64,000 nucleotides of DNA. Origin: an uncultured Gammaproteobacteria bacterium. GTDB lineage: Bacteria; Pseudomonadota; Gammaproteobacteria; UBA9214. How positions within the stretch are numbered: position 1 is the first letter of the stretch; each line of letters begins with the position of its first letter. A program made the position numbers and the translations under genes. The stretch is from the NCBI GenBank assembly GCA_963748215.1, contig CAVVHS010000006.1, positions 160,001-224,000 of the forward strand. The letters run 5' to 3'. This document shows, one piece after another, positions 36,677-47,479 of this stretch. Below the pieces are notes generated by a model. The model had not been told where the DNA came from. It saw only the letters and a list, made by a program, of their open reading frames with translations, and did not search any database.

Positions 36677-37166
36677 CTCCGTAAATTGCCCCCGGCGCAG
36701 GTATCGACCGGGGGGATTTTTTCGGAAGAGGGATGTAACAGGTTTTCAGTCTCCGTAAATTGCCCCCGGCGCAGGTATCGACCGGGGGGATTTTTTCGGA
36801 AGAGGGATGTAACAGGTTTTCAGTCTCCGTAAATTGCCCCCGGCGCAGGTATCGACCGGGGGGATTTTTTCGGAAGAGGGATGTAACAGGTTTTCAGTCT
36901 CCGTAAATTGCCCCCGGCGCAGGTATCGACCGGGGGGATTTTTTCGGAAAAGGGATGTAACAGGTTTTCAGTCTCCGTAAATTGCCCCCGGCGCAGGTAT
37001 CGACCGGGGGGATTTTTTCGGAAGAGGGATGTAACAGGTTTTCAGTCTCCGTAAATTGCCCCCGGCGCAGGTATCGACCGGGGGGATTTTTTCGGAAAAG
37101 GGATGTAACAGGTATTCAGTCTCCGTAAATTCCCCCGGCACGTGAAAACGACCGGGGGATTTTTTT
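36677..37166 (+). repeat. 74-bp tandem array (6 full units + 1 diverged partial), each unit with a terminator-like hairpin
   Basis: Units start at 36677, 36751, 36825, 36899, 36973, 37047, 37121; CCCCCGG-CGCAGGTATCGA-CCGGGGG-GATTTTTT. Confidence 0.95.
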
Positions 37167-37484
37167 GACGGCGCATGTCCGTCTCGCTATTCAAACGCCA
37201 GTAAGTGGGTCGGCATGAAATCCGGCTGTTGCGTCATACTTACTTACTCCTGCCGATTACCGGTCTGCCTGGCCTGACGGGGTAAGTCCGCTGTTGCATC
37301 TGACAAACTCTGGCCGTGGGCAGGCCCCGGGGCTATGGCTGACCGTCATGTCACCCGCCAGCTTTTATGCTACCTTTCGTTCAGGTAATACAGGCGGAAA
37401 CTGCCTGTAGGGGCGGCTGAACTGCGAATTTGCACCTGGCATCGCGGAGTTCACCTGAATAACACGTTTTCGCGGAGGTTCATC

Positions 37485-38240
37485 ATGAGCAAATCTTTTT
37501 TCATTCCAGCCGGACTGCTTGCGGTGCTGATCGCCAGTAATCCACTGCACGCCGGCCTCTCGGACATGTTCGACAAGCTGAAAGGCAGCGTGTCGGGCAA
37601 GGCACCGGACAGCACGGCCGCCATGAGCGCACTCTCCAACGACGAAATGATCTCCGGTCTCAAGGAAGCGCTCGGCAAGGGTACGCAGTACGCAGTGGAC
37701 AATCTCGGCAAGGAGGGTGGTTTCCTGGATAATGCCAGTGTGCGCATCCCGATGCCGAAGAGCCTTTCCTGGGTGGAGAAAACCCTGCGCACCCTGCGCC
37801 AGGACAAACTCGCGGACGAATTCGTGGCCTCGATGAACCATGCCGCGGAGCGTGCCGTGCCGGAGGCGGCGGACGTGTTCGGCGATGCCATCCAGCAGAT
37901 GACGCTTGAGGATGCACGCGGTATCCTGAGCGGCCCGGATGATGCTGCGACGCAGTATTTCCGCAAGACTACCTCAGCCACACTGACGGAAAAGATGCGA
38001 CCCATCGTCGAGGAGGCTACGGCGGCGACCGGCGTCACGTCATCGTACAAGAACATGATGTCGAAGGCGGGCGGCATGACCAGCCTGCTGTCATCCGATG
38101 CCACCGACCTGGACGGCTACGTCACCGAAAAGACCCTCGACGGCCTGTTCCTGATGGTGGCCGAGGAAGAGAAACGTATCCGCCAGAATCCGCTGGCCCG
38201 ATCCACGGATCTGCTGAAAAAAGTGTTTGGCAGCCTCTAG
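37485..38240 (+). CDS. DUF4197 family exported protein
   Basis: Signal peptide; GLKEAL..G, GGFLDN..VRIP, SMNHAAE.A, AATQYF, ALDG-like TLDGLF...EEKRIRQNP..R.TDLLKKVFG. Confidence 0.85.
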   Translation: MSKSFFIPAGLLAVLIASNPLHAGLSDMFDKLKGSVSGKAPDSTAAMSALSNDEMISGLKEALGKGTQYAVDNLGKEGGFLDNASVRIPMPKSLSWVEKTLRTLRQDKLADEFVASMNHAAERAVPEAADVFGDAIQQMTLEDARGILSGPDDAATQYFRKTTSATLTEKMRPIVEEATAATGVTSSYKNMMSKAGGMTSLLSSDATDLDGYVTEKTLDGLFLMVAEEEKRIRQNPLARSTDLLKKVFGSL

Positions 38241-38448
38241 CCCGCCCGCCGCACCGGTGTCCCGGATGATCACTCCCGCCATCCAGGGCCGGCGCGCAGC
38301 CGTATGTTCCCTGCATCGTGACGCTCACACAGGGTCCGGGCTGCTGGAATAGGCGGGCCCGCCCCGATCGGGTAAACTAGTACACTTCTTTTTTCCACGG
38401 TACCGCGGCGCATGCGCCGCGGTCTGCTGATTACCGAAGGCCCGTTTC

Positions 38449-40774
38449 ATGACCCGACGCCGCCCGCGCCGCCGCAAGTCGTCCCGGCGCAAGCGCAGCC
38501 ACAAGTCGTTGCCCTGGTTCAAGCTGCTGCTGGTCCTGCTGCTGGTGCTGGCGGGTTACGTCGTCTGGCTCGATATCCAGGTCACCGCGCAATTCACCGG
38601 CAAGCGCTGGTCGCTGCCGGCGCGGGTGTACGCACGGCCGCTGGATCTGTATGCCGGGCAGGAGCTGACGCCAGAGCAGCTGGTATCGGAGCTGAAGGCA
38701 CTCAACTACCGGCCGGTGCGTTCCGTGCAGCAGGCCGGACAATACTCGCGCAACAGCGGCGTATTCCACGTCATGACCCGGCCGTTCACCTTCTGGGACG
38801 GACAGGAGCCGGCACGCAACCTGCGGATCGGTTTTTCCAGAGGGGCGGTGTCGCAGCTGGCCGATCGCAGCAGCGGCGGCACCATTGCGCTGGCGCGCCT
38901 GGACCCGGTACTGGTCGGCAGCTTCTATCCGGCGCATAACGAGGACCGCGTCCTGTTGCAGCTGGAGCAGGTGCCGGTCGGCCTCACCGATGCGCTGATC
39001 GCGATCGAGGACCGCGGTTTCTACCAGCACCACGGCATCGCACCGCTCGCCATCCTGCGCGCGCTGTGGGCCAACATCCGCGCCGGCGGCGTGGTGCAGG
39101 GGGGCAGCACCCTGACCCAGCAGCTGGTGAAAAACTTCTTCCTCACCAGCGAGCGCTCGCTGGTGAGAAAGGTGAATGAAGCGATCATGGCCCTGCTGCT
39201 GGAGTTCCACTACAGCAAGGACGAAATCCTCGAGGCCTACCTGAACGAGGTTTACCTCGCGCAGGACGGCAGCCGTTCCATCAATGGCTTCGGCCTGGCC
39301 AGCTATTTTTATTTCGATCGACCGCTGGTGGAGCTGAGCGTCGACCAGTACGCGCTGCTGGTCGGCCTGGTCAAGGGCCCGTCCTACTACAATCCCTGGA
39401 AACACCCGGAGCGCGCGCGGGCACGGCGCAACCTGGTGCTGGACATCATGGCGGACCTCAAGCTGATCGGCACGGAAGAGGCCGGGCGCGCCGAAGTCCC
39501 AGAAGCTCGGTGTCGGGCCGGTCGGGCGCAAGGCGATCAACACCTTCCCGGCCTTCCTGGACCTGGTACGGCGCCAGCTGCAGACCGATTACCGCGACGA
39601 GGACATTACCTCGGAAGGCCTGACCATCTTCACCACGCTGGACCCGCAGGCGCAGTGGCAGGTCGAGCGCGTGCTGTCCAGGCGCCTGGATGAGCTCGAG
39701 CACGGCCTGGGCATGGAAAGCGGCAAGCTGGAGGGCGCGGCCGTGGTGACCTCGGTGCAGGGCGGCGAAGTGCTGGCCATGGCCGGCGGACGCGATCCGA
39801 AATTCGTGGGCTTCAACCGCGCGCTGGATGCCTACCGCCAGGTCGGCTCGCTGCTCAAGCCGGCCGTCTACCTGACGGCACTGGAACAGCCGCAGCGCTA
39901 CACACTGGCCACGCTGATCGATGACAGTCCGCTGACCTACACGGCGCGCAACGGCGATGTGTGGGAACCCGGCAACTATGACAAGCAGAATCACGGCATG
40001 GTGCCGCTCTACCAGGCACTGGCGCATTCCTACAACATCAGCACGTCGCGGCTGGGCCTGGCCATCGGCGTGGACAAGGTCATCGACACGCTGCGCCGGC
40101 TGGGCGTCGAGCAGAAACTCAATCCCTATCCGTCGCTGCTGCTCGGTGCTGTGGAGATGTCGCCGTTCCAGGTGACGCGCATGTACCAGACCTTTGCCAG
40201 CGGCGGCTTCGCCACGCCGCTGCGCGCCATCACGGCGGTGCTGGCTTCGGACAAGACGCCGCTGCAGCGCTACCCGCTCAATGTCCGTGCGGCCATTGCG
40301 CCGGGGCCGGACCACCTCATCACTACCGCGCTGCTGTATGTCGTGCGCGAAGGCACCGGCCAGGCGATTTACCAGGCGCTGCCGGCCGATCGCAATGTCG
40401 CCGGCAAGACCGGCACCACGGACGACCTGCGTGACAGCTGGTTTGCCGGGTTCACCGGTGACCGGCTTGGCGTGGTGTGGGTGGGCCGTGACGACAACCA
40501 GCCGACCGGTCTGAGCGGCTCCACCGGCGCGCTGCGGATATGGCGCGACGTGTTTGCCGGTTTCAACGACTCGGGCTGGACGCAAACGCTGATCGATGCT
40601 ATCGAATACCACTGGATCGACCCGGCGACCGGCCTGCTGGCCGATGCCGGTTGCCTGGATGCCGTACAATTACCCTTTATCAAGGGCAGTGCGCCGACGC
40701 AGTCCGCACCCTGCGTGCGCGGCGCCGGTTCCCTGCCGGAAGCGGTTGACTGGTTCAAGGAGCTGTTTCAGTGA
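38449..40774 (+). CDS. mrcB: Penicillin-binding protein 1B, split by a +1 frameshift near 39493
   Basis: UB2H, TG motifs EDRGFYQH, GGSTLTQQLVKN, RKVNE; after the shift FPAFLDLVRRQL, GSLLKP (SxxK), SYN, GKTGT. Confidence 0.9.
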
Positions 40775-41319
40775 AAATGATCAAGCTATCCCGTCTGTGG
40801 CTGCCTGCACTGCTGGGCGTGCTGCTGGTGCAGGGCTGTGCGCCGACCTACTATCCACCGCGCGGCGACCGGTTGCCGCCGCCGGTCGTGGAGCAGGGCA
40901 GCCAGGTACCGGACGACATGCGCCTGCCGCAACCATCGCCGCCGGTGACGAGCGTGCCACAACCGGCGCCGCCGGTCGTGACACGGCCGCAATCGCCGGC
41001 CGTGGTGGCGCTGCTGGACACCGCCGAGCAGCAGGCCAACAGCGGCGACCTGGAGGCGGCCGCCGCCTCGCTGGAACGCGCCATCCGCATCGATTCGCGC
41101 AATCCGCTGCTGTGGCACCACCTCGCCACGGTGCGCCTGTCGCAGGGTGACGCGCAGGCCGCGGAGCAGCTCGCTACCAAGTCGAACAGCCTGGCCTCGG
41201 GCAATACCGTGCAGCAATCGCGCAACTGGGAACTGATCGCGCGTGCGCGACGTGCCCAGCGCGACGAACCGGGCGCTGCCGCGGCTGAGCGGCGCGCCCG
41301 CGAACTGGCGGGGCGGTGA
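40771..41319 (+). CDS. TPR-containing lipoprotein downstream of PBP1B (possible LpoP-like activator)
   Basis: Lipobox VQGC, Pro-rich linker, AAAASLERAIRID.RNP.LW..LA TPR. Confidence 0.8.
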   Translation: MKMIKLSRLWLPALLGVLLVQGCAPTYYPPRGDRLPPPVVEQGSQVPDDMRLPQPSPPVTSVPQPAPPVVTRPQSPAVVALLDTAEQQANSGDLEAAAASLERAIRIDSRNPLLWHHLATVRLSQGDAQAAEQLATKSNSLASGNTVQQSRNWELIARARRAQRDEPGAAAAERRARELAGR

Positions 41320-41334
41320 GGGTGCGGGACATGA

Positions 41335-41802
41335 TGCGTGAAAGGTGGAAGGGAAACGTGAAACGTGAAACGTGAAATGGCCACGGAATCCACGGAAGAA
41401 CACGAAAAAATTATGTTCGGGCGTAGGGTGCGTTTTACGCACCGACGACGGTGCACGGAGTGCACCCTACACCGTCCATTGGGGCCAGGAGCGCATCTCA
41501 TGGCCATCCCCGCACATGGCCCAGGCCAGCCTCACGGAATGACACGAGACGTGAAACGTGAGACGTGAAAGGTGAAATAGCCACGGAATCCACGGAACAA
41601 CACAGAAATATAAACGCAGGAATATTTTGTAGGAGCGCATCTCATGCGCGATAGATAATGGCCACGGCATGACACATAACGAACATCAGCATTCCGTGTG
41701 CTTCCGTGTGGTTCCGTGGCTATGATCCTTATCAGAAATGACCGTGGAAGCTTACGGAATGACACGAGACGTGAAGCGTGAAAAATGAAATGGCCACGGA
41801 AT
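41335..41802. repeat. Mosaic REP/REPIN block 2
   Basis: (GAAACGT)n, GCCACGGAATCCACGGAA, GTAGGGTGCGTTTTACGCACC..GGTGCACGGAGTGCACCCTAC, GTAGGAGCGCATCTCATGCGCGAT. Confidence 0.85.
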
Positions 41803-41886
41803 TCAATTACCAGGCATTAGTGCTGATCCGGTGTGCGGGATGCATACTGCACTGACAGGCACTAACGGCTGGCGCGAAGAGCGAAC

Positions 41887-43830
41887 ATGTCCGACATCAC
41901 CGGTCTGCTGAGCGATACCGGGCCGCTGGCCGCGCATGTGCCGGGTTTCGCGCCACGCGCGGAGCAGCAGCAGATGGCCGAGGCGGTGGCCGAGGCCATC
42001 GCCGGCCGTGGCAGGCTCATCGTCGAGGCGGGCACCGGTACCGGCAAGACCTTTGCCTACCTGATGCCGGTGCTGCGGGCCAAACGCAAGGTCATCATCT
42101 CCACCGGCACGCGTCACCTGCAGGACCAGTTGTATGGCAAGGACCTGCCGGTGGTGCGCGCCGCACTCGGCGCGCCGCTGCATGGCGCGCTGCTCAAGGG
42201 GCGCACCAATTACCTGTGCCTACACCGGCTGGAAACCGCAGCGACCGACGGCCGGCAGTTCAGTGGCCGGCAGCTTCACGAACTCGAGCAGGTGCGTGCC
42301 TGGGCGGGACGCACGCCGCACGGCGACATCGCCGAACTCGGCCTGGTGCCCGAAGACTCGCCGCTTTGGCCGCGCGTGACCTCGACCGCGGAGAACTGCC
42401 TGGGCCAGGAATGCGAGCATTTCCAGGAGTGTTTCGTCATCAAGGCGCGCCGCAATGCGCTGGAGGCGGATGTGGTGGTGATCAACCATCACCTGCTGTT
42501 CGCGGACATGGTGCTGAAGGAGGAGGGCTTCGGCGAGCTGTTGCCGGGCGCCGATGCCTTCATCATCGACGAGGCGCACCAGCTGCCCGAGGTCGCCTCG
42601 GTGTTTTTCGGCATCACCCTGAGCAGTCACCAGCTGCGCGATCTCGCGCGCGACGTGCGTATGGAGCACCTGCGCGAGGCCGGTGACATGCAGGACCTGC
42701 CGGAGGCCACGGAGCGGCTCGAGGGCCTGGCGCACCGCCTGCGCCTGGCCCTCGGCCAGCAGGACCGGCGCGCCGCCTGGTCGGAGGTCGCCGGCGACGT
42801 GCGTGTACAGGACGTACTGGAGGAACTGGCCGCGGCGCTTACGCAGCTGGCCGACTGGCTGGTGCCGGCGGCCGAGCGAGGCAAGGGGCTGGACAACTGT
42901 CGCCAGCGCGCGGTGCTGCTGCGCGACCGACTCGCACAGCTGATGGGTCACGAGGCCGGTGAGTACATTCACTGGTTCGAGACCCTGCATACCTCGTTCC
43001 GCCTCAACCTGACGCCGCTCAACATCGCGCCGCCGTTCCGCAACTGCCTCGACAACCTGGCCAGCGCCTGGGTGTTTACCTCGGCCACGCTGGCCGTGGG
43101 CGACAGCTTCGCGCATTTCGCCGCGCAACTTGGACTGGAGGATGCGCGCACGCTCAAACTGGACAGCCCGTTCGATTATGCACGCAATGCGCTGCTTTAC
43201 CTGCCGGATGGCATGCCGGACCCGAATGCGCCGCACTACAGCGATGCCGTGGTGGAGTGCGCCCGCCAGGTGCTCGCCGCCAGCGGCGGGCGTGCCTTCC
43301 TGTTGTTCACCAGTCACTACGCGCTGCGCGCCGCAGCCAGGCAACTGGAACACGACTGCCCTTACCCGCTGCTGGTACAGGGCACGGCGCCACGCCGCGA
43401 ACTGCTGGAGCGTTTCCGGCAACTCGGCAATGCCGTGCTGCTCGGGACCAGCAGTTTCTGGGAGGGCGTCGACGTGCGTGGCGAGGCCTTGTCCTGCGTC
43501 ATCATCGACAAGCTGCCGTTCGGCTCACCTGGCGACCCGGTGCTGCAGGCGCGCATCGAGGCCCTGCGCAGGCAGGGCGTGAACCCGTTCATGGCCTACC
43601 AGTTGCCGAACGCGGTCATCACCCTCAAGCAGGGTATCGGGCGCCTGATCCGCGATCACACCGACCGCGGCGTGCTGGTGTTGTGCGATCCGCGCCTGCG
43701 CAGCAAATCCTATGGCCGGGTGTTTCTGCGCAGCCTGCCGAACATGCCGCGCATCCACGACGTCGGAGCGATCCATGAATTCTTTGCCGGCGTTGCTGCG
43801 TCGCACGCCGAGCCGCTGGTGGCCGACTGA
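41887..43830 (+). CDS. yoaA: ATP-dependent DNA helicase, DinG/YoaA family
   Basis: EAGTGTGKT, KGRTNYLC, Fe-S cysteines, DEAH, SATL, SFWEGVDV, QGIGRLIR; upstream of tsaB. Confidence 0.9.
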   Translation: MSDITGLLSDTGPLAAHVPGFAPRAEQQQMAEAVAEAIAGRGRLIVEAGTGTGKTFAYLMPVLRAKRKVIISTGTRHLQDQLYGKDLPVVRAALGAPLHGALLKGRTNYLCLHRLETAATDGRQFSGRQLHELEQVRAWAGRTPHGDIAELGLVPEDSPLWPRVTSTAENCLGQECEHFQECFVIKARRNALEADVVVINHHLLFADMVLKEEGFGELLPGADAFIIDEAHQLPEVASVFFGITLSSHQLRDLARDVRMEHLREAGDMQDLPEATERLEGLAHRLRLALGQQDRRAAWSEVAGDVRVQDVLEELAAALTQLADWLVPAAERGKGLDNCRQRAVLLRDRLAQLMGHEAGEYIHWFETLHTSFRLNLTPLNIAPPFRNCLDNLASAWVFTSATLAVGDSFAHFAAQLGLEDARTLKLDSPFDYARNALLYLPDGMPDPNAPHYSDAVVECARQVLAASGGRAFLLFTSHYALRAAARQLEHDCPYPLLVQGTAPRRELLERFRQLGNAVLLGTSSFWEGVDVRGEALSCVIIDKLPFGSPGDPVLQARIEALRRQGVNPFMAYQLPNAVITLKQGIGRLIRDHTDRGVLVLCDPRLRSKSYGRVFLRSLPNMPRIHDVGAIHEFFAGVAASHAEPLVAD

Positions 43831-43831
43831 C

Positions 43832-44521
43832 ATGGCCACGCGCATCCTCGCCATCGAGACGGCGACCGCCGCCTGTTCCGCCGCACTGGCGGTCGACGGC
43901 GAGGTGCTGGAACGCTATGCGCTGGCGCCGCGCCAGCACGCGACACTGATCCTGCCCATGATCGAATCGCTGCTGGTGGAGGCCGGCCTCACGGTGACGC
44001 AGCTCGATGCCATTGCCTTCGGGCGCGGCCCCGGTTCGTTTACCGGGGTGCGTATCGCGGCCAGTATCGTGCAGGGCATCGCCTTCGCGGCCGGACGCCC
44101 GGTGGTGCCGGTATCGACGCTGGCAGCGCTGGCACTGGGTGCGCAACGCGAGAGCGGCGGTAGCGCCGTCCTGGCCGCACTGGATGCACGCCGGGACGAG
44201 GTGTACTGGGGTGCCTACCTGAGCGACGCCGCAGGCTTGTTGCAACTGCAGGGCGAGGAGGTGGTGCGTGCGCCGGAAATGGTCGAAGTGCCGGCGGCCG
44301 GCGACTGGATTGCCGCGGGCAGCGGCTGGGAGGCCTACGGTGCACGCCTGATGCCGCGGCTGGACGCACGGGTGGTGCGTGTGCTGCCCGACCTGGAACC
44401 GCGTGCCGCCGATGTCGCGCGGCTCGCACGCTCCGCCTTCACGCGGGGTCAGACGGTCGCCCCGGAGCAGGCCATCCCTGTCTACCTGCGCAACGACGTG
44501 GCCGACGTGAAGCGGGCGTAG
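43832..44521 (+). CDS. tsaB: tRNA threonylcarbamoyladenosine biosynthesis protein TsaB
   Basis: ILAIETAT, GPGSFTGVRI, DARRDEVY, P.YLR. Confidence 0.93.
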   Translation: MATRILAIETATAACSAALAVDGEVLERYALAPRQHATLILPMIESLLVEAGLTVTQLDAIAFGRGPGSFTGVRIAASIVQGIAFAAGRPVVPVSTLAALALGAQRESGGSAVLAALDARRDEVYWGAYLSDAAGLLQLQGEEVVRAPEMVEVPAAGDWIAAGSGWEAYGARLMPRLDARVVRVLPDLEPRAADVARLARSAFTRGQTVAPEQAIPVYLRNDVADVKRA

Positions 44522-44593
44522 TCTATAGCCCGGGCCGAGCGGCAACGAAAACCGGCATGACGCCACCGAAAAAAACCGTTCATATTTGTTGTG

Positions 44594-44607
44594 TTGATAC
44601 ACATCAA
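44594..44607. promoter_or_regulatory. FNR box
   Basis: Perfect TTGAT-ACAC-ATCAA upstream of USP. Confidence 0.7.
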
Positions 44608-44689
44608 GGCATCGTGCGTGTACATAAAATAGCTTCAGACTGTCGGCTCACGGCATCGTGATGGATGTGTCTGTCAAGGAGTCTCCATA

Positions 44690-45133
44690 GTGAAAAATAT
44701 ACTCGTGGCCATCGATGACATCGAAACCACGACCATTGCGTCACCCCTGATACAACGAACCCTGGAACTGGCAGGCGCCTTTTCGAGCCAGGTATGGCTG
44801 GTGCACATTGTGGCGCGCACGCGCGAATCCGTACCCTTCAATGTCGATAGCAAGGTGCTGCGGAACGAGGGTGCCGCCGAGCTGGGCAAGGAACACGAGT
44901 TTCTGCAGTCGCTGGCGCGTTGCCTGCGCGACCGGGGTGTCGAGGCGAAGGCGCTGCTCATCGAGGGTGCGACTGTGAAAACGATACTCAAGGAGTCCGA
45001 CCGGTTGGCTGTCGACCTGGTCGTGCTGGGCTGTCACCGGCATCGGGCGCCTTACGGCGTACTGACGGAATTCACGGAAGAGGGGCTGCTCGCCAATTGT
45101 ACACGACCGGTCATGTATGTTCCTGTGCAGTGA
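44690..45133 (+). CDS. Universal stress protein
   Basis: KNILVAID...DLVVLGCH...RPVMYVP; AAGGAG RBS, GTG start. Confidence 0.85.
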   Translation: MKNILVAIDDIETTTIASPLIQRTLELAGAFSSQVWLVHIVARTRESVPFNVDSKVLRNEGAAELGKEHEFLQSLARCLRDRGVEAKALLIEGATVKTILKESDRLAVDLVVLGCHRHRAPYGVLTEFTEEGLLANCTRPVMYVPVQ

Positions 45134-45308
45134 CGGTGTTGTGCGAACGGTTGACGTCAGGGCAGATGGGCCGCGACGAAGTCAGTGTGCCTTGCCAGTC
45201 CCGTAATGTAACAGAAGCGTGTGACACGGGTAATCATGATATTTCGAAATGATTGCCGAATGTCATTGCAGGAAAATCTGATGCGCAAATGACAAGGAGG
45301 AATGCACC

Positions 45309-45521
45309 ATGACAAAGCTACGGTTTCAAATGGCTCCCGATGTCGAATTCAAGATGGATCTCGAGGTGGAAGGCATCGGCGCGGACAGTCGCGATTACGA
45401 CGTCCAGCAACACAAGACGGAAATCTACCGGGAGTTCGAGCGACGCCTGAACATCGCATTTCCTGAAGGAATCAAAATCGACAGGTTTGAATTCGGGTTA
45501 AGTCCCGAGAGCGATGGCTGA
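45309..45521 (+). CDS. Small hypothetical protein (70 aa)
   Basis: Strong AAGGAGG RBS; MTKLRFQMAPDVEFKMDLEVEG. Confidence 0.7.
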   Translation: MTKLRFQMAPDVEFKMDLEVEGIGADSRDYDVQQHKTEIYREFERRLNIAFPEGIKIDRFEFGLSPESDG

Positions 45522-45853
45522 TCAGCGGACCAGGAGCAGGGCCGGTTACCGGTATGCGTGATCGGTACTGGCCGATCCCGGGCGTGTCGTGTATGAGTTG
45601 CCTGATAGCGGACGAATTTCCGAGAAATCTTTAACCCGTAAGCCCGGCATTATCGCTTGAACATATGAAAAATAGCGCAGAACGGACATTGATATCTGTC
45701 TGGTTGCCGCGCTGTCATGCAGAAACGATTCATGGCCCTGCAGCTGTTATGAGAAGCATCATGATATTGCTGCCAACGATTTGATAATCGGTTTGGTAGT
45801 GATTCTGTTGTCTGGAATGCAGTAAGATCCAGCAGTGAAATTTCGTCAATATA

Positions 45854-45867
45854 TTGATAGGAATCAA
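45854..45867. promoter_or_regulatory. FNR box
   Basis: Perfect TTGAT-AGGA-ATCAA upstream of the DUF4395-like gene. Confidence 0.65.
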
Positions 45868-46015
45868 TGAATAAACCGGCCATATGGTGTTTAAATTAGA
45901 AAGTAGAAAGAATCCGCTTCAATGTTCGAAAGGGTGGATAAAGGAGTAATAAAACCACATCAGAATCAATTTGTTTTTATCAGCCTGCAACGTCAGTCAA
46001 GGGGGGGGCAATCTG

Positions 46016-46540
46016 ATGAATGCGACAACTGATACACACCATACATTCCTGACGAAGCCGTGGTGGTCTATGGGACAGGCGATGCCGGGTGAATGCGGGC
46101 CGTGCATTAATGAGACGGCAACCCGGGCAAGAGCGGGGCTACTGAATATATTGTCCGGAACAACAATATTTCTGTTACTGGCCGTGCCGGAAGTGGATCC
46201 CATTCGCTTCGTCGCACCCTTTGTGATTTTTGATATGGTGTCTGCCGCCACTTTCGGTCTGACCCCGGTTAGTCCTGCCGGTATCTTCGGTACTGCGTTA
46301 ACCATGAAGATCCGTCCGGTGTGGAAGCCGATCAAGCCGAAGCGTTTCGCCTGGACATTGGGAGCCATGCTGGGTATTTGTTGCCTTACATTCTGGATAC
46401 TGGGTATGACCGAATGGATTATTGGGGTACTGGGGGTTTGTTTTATCCTGACCTGGCTCGAGGCCGTTATGGGGTTCTGTGTAGGTTGCTGGATGTATTC
46501 CCTGTTGTTTAAATGCGAAGTATGTCAATTGAATCACTGA
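46016..46540 (+). CDS. DUF4395-like membrane protein
   Basis: INET.TRARAG, PKRFAWTLG, LEAVMGFCVGCWMY. Confidence 0.75.
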   Translation: MNATTDTHHTFLTKPWWSMGQAMPGECGPCINETATRARAGLLNILSGTTIFLLLAVPEVDPIRFVAPFVIFDMVSAATFGLTPVSPAGIFGTALTMKIRPVWKPIKPKRFAWTLGAMLGICCLTFWILGMTEWIIGVLGVCFILTWLEAVMGFCVGCWMYSLLFKCEVCQLNH

Positions 46541-46560
46541 ACAGTCAGCGAGGAGAAGTT

Positions 46561-46797
46561 ATGGACCAGATACATCAGGTTGAAGTCGTTATCCATGTCG
46601 ATGAAGCGCTTAGTGAGGAACAGCGTGCCACCCTGATTGGCAATTTACAGAAACAGGATGGCGTGGAGAAGGCAAAGTTTACGGACGGCCGTGAACACCT
46701 CATGCTGATTGACTACGATGCCAATAAGCTGAACACAAGTGAGGTGCTTGCTTACGTCAAGCAGGAACATGTTAACGCGGAACTGATCGGTATTTAG
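46561..46797 (+). CDS. Small HMA/ferredoxin-like-fold protein
   Basis: AGGAG RBS; VVIHVDE...GV..A.F...HLMLIDYD...HVNAELIGI. Confidence 0.7.
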   Translation: MDQIHQVEVVIHVDEALSEEQRATLIGNLQKQDGVEKAKFTDGREHLMLIDYDANKLNTSEVLAYVKQEHVNAELIGI

Positions 46798-46964
46798 TCT
46801 TCGACTGGACTCGGGGTGTCTGGGCTGCACTGTACTTGAAAAGCAGCCGTAATCCGGATTGGTTTACATATCTGGCGCCAGACAGCTACCATTTGATCTG
46901 GATGACGGCGGCCCCGATCATTTAACTTGCTTTTCAATCAATTCTCTAGAACAGGAGAAATCCA

Positions 46965-47195
46965 GTGGGCAGCATAGATGCAGGCGTGACTTTGCATATA
47001 GATGAAAATACCACGCACGATCAACGCGAGAGTTACCGTGACGCTTTATTGAAAATGAAAGGTGTGATGGCTGCTGCATATCACGATGACAAACCACACC
47101 TGATAGTTGTCATTTATGATCCAGGACTCGTCAAATCCATTGAGTTTGTTAATGTGGCCAGTAACCGTGGATTACATGCCGAATTGATCGCATGA
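46965..47195 (+). CDS. Small HMA/ferredoxin-like-fold protein, paralogue of 46561..46797
   Basis: AGGAG RBS, GTG start; VTLHIDE...GV.AA...PHLIVVIYDP...GLHAELIA. Confidence 0.65.
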   Translation: MGSIDAGVTLHIDENTTHDQRESYRDALLKMKGVMAAAYHDDKPHLIVVIYDPGLVKSIEFVNVASNRGLHAELIA

Positions 47196-47479
47196 TTAAC
47201 GGGCTGATGGCGGGGCCGATTGCTCATTCAAGAAGTGCTGTCTGGCACTCTGTGAACGCAGGTCGCTATGGGGTGTGGTGGTTCAGCAGCATCTGCAAGT
47301 GAATCCATGCCGGCGACCAGCAGACATCCACCAGCGATGGTCGGATGACAGACCCTGGCCGAATACGGCCATTCCGGATCCCGGTCAGCCAGTCAGGTCG
47401 ACTCCGGGATATTGCAGCCCGGTCTGCTGTTCGCTGCCTGTGCCTTTAAGTGACACTCAACCGGCAGGGTCGCCGTGAC

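Noticed and set aside
36677-37166. CRISPR array
   Set aside because: Units are contiguous and near-identical with no unique spacers; no cas genes in the window
36677-37166. Type III toxin-antitoxin RNA array
   Set aside because: No ToxN-like gene follows; the next gene is an exported DUF4197 protein
39480-39510. Programmed ribosomal frameshift in mrcB
   Set aside because: No slippery heptamer; other single-base indels in the window point to sequence error
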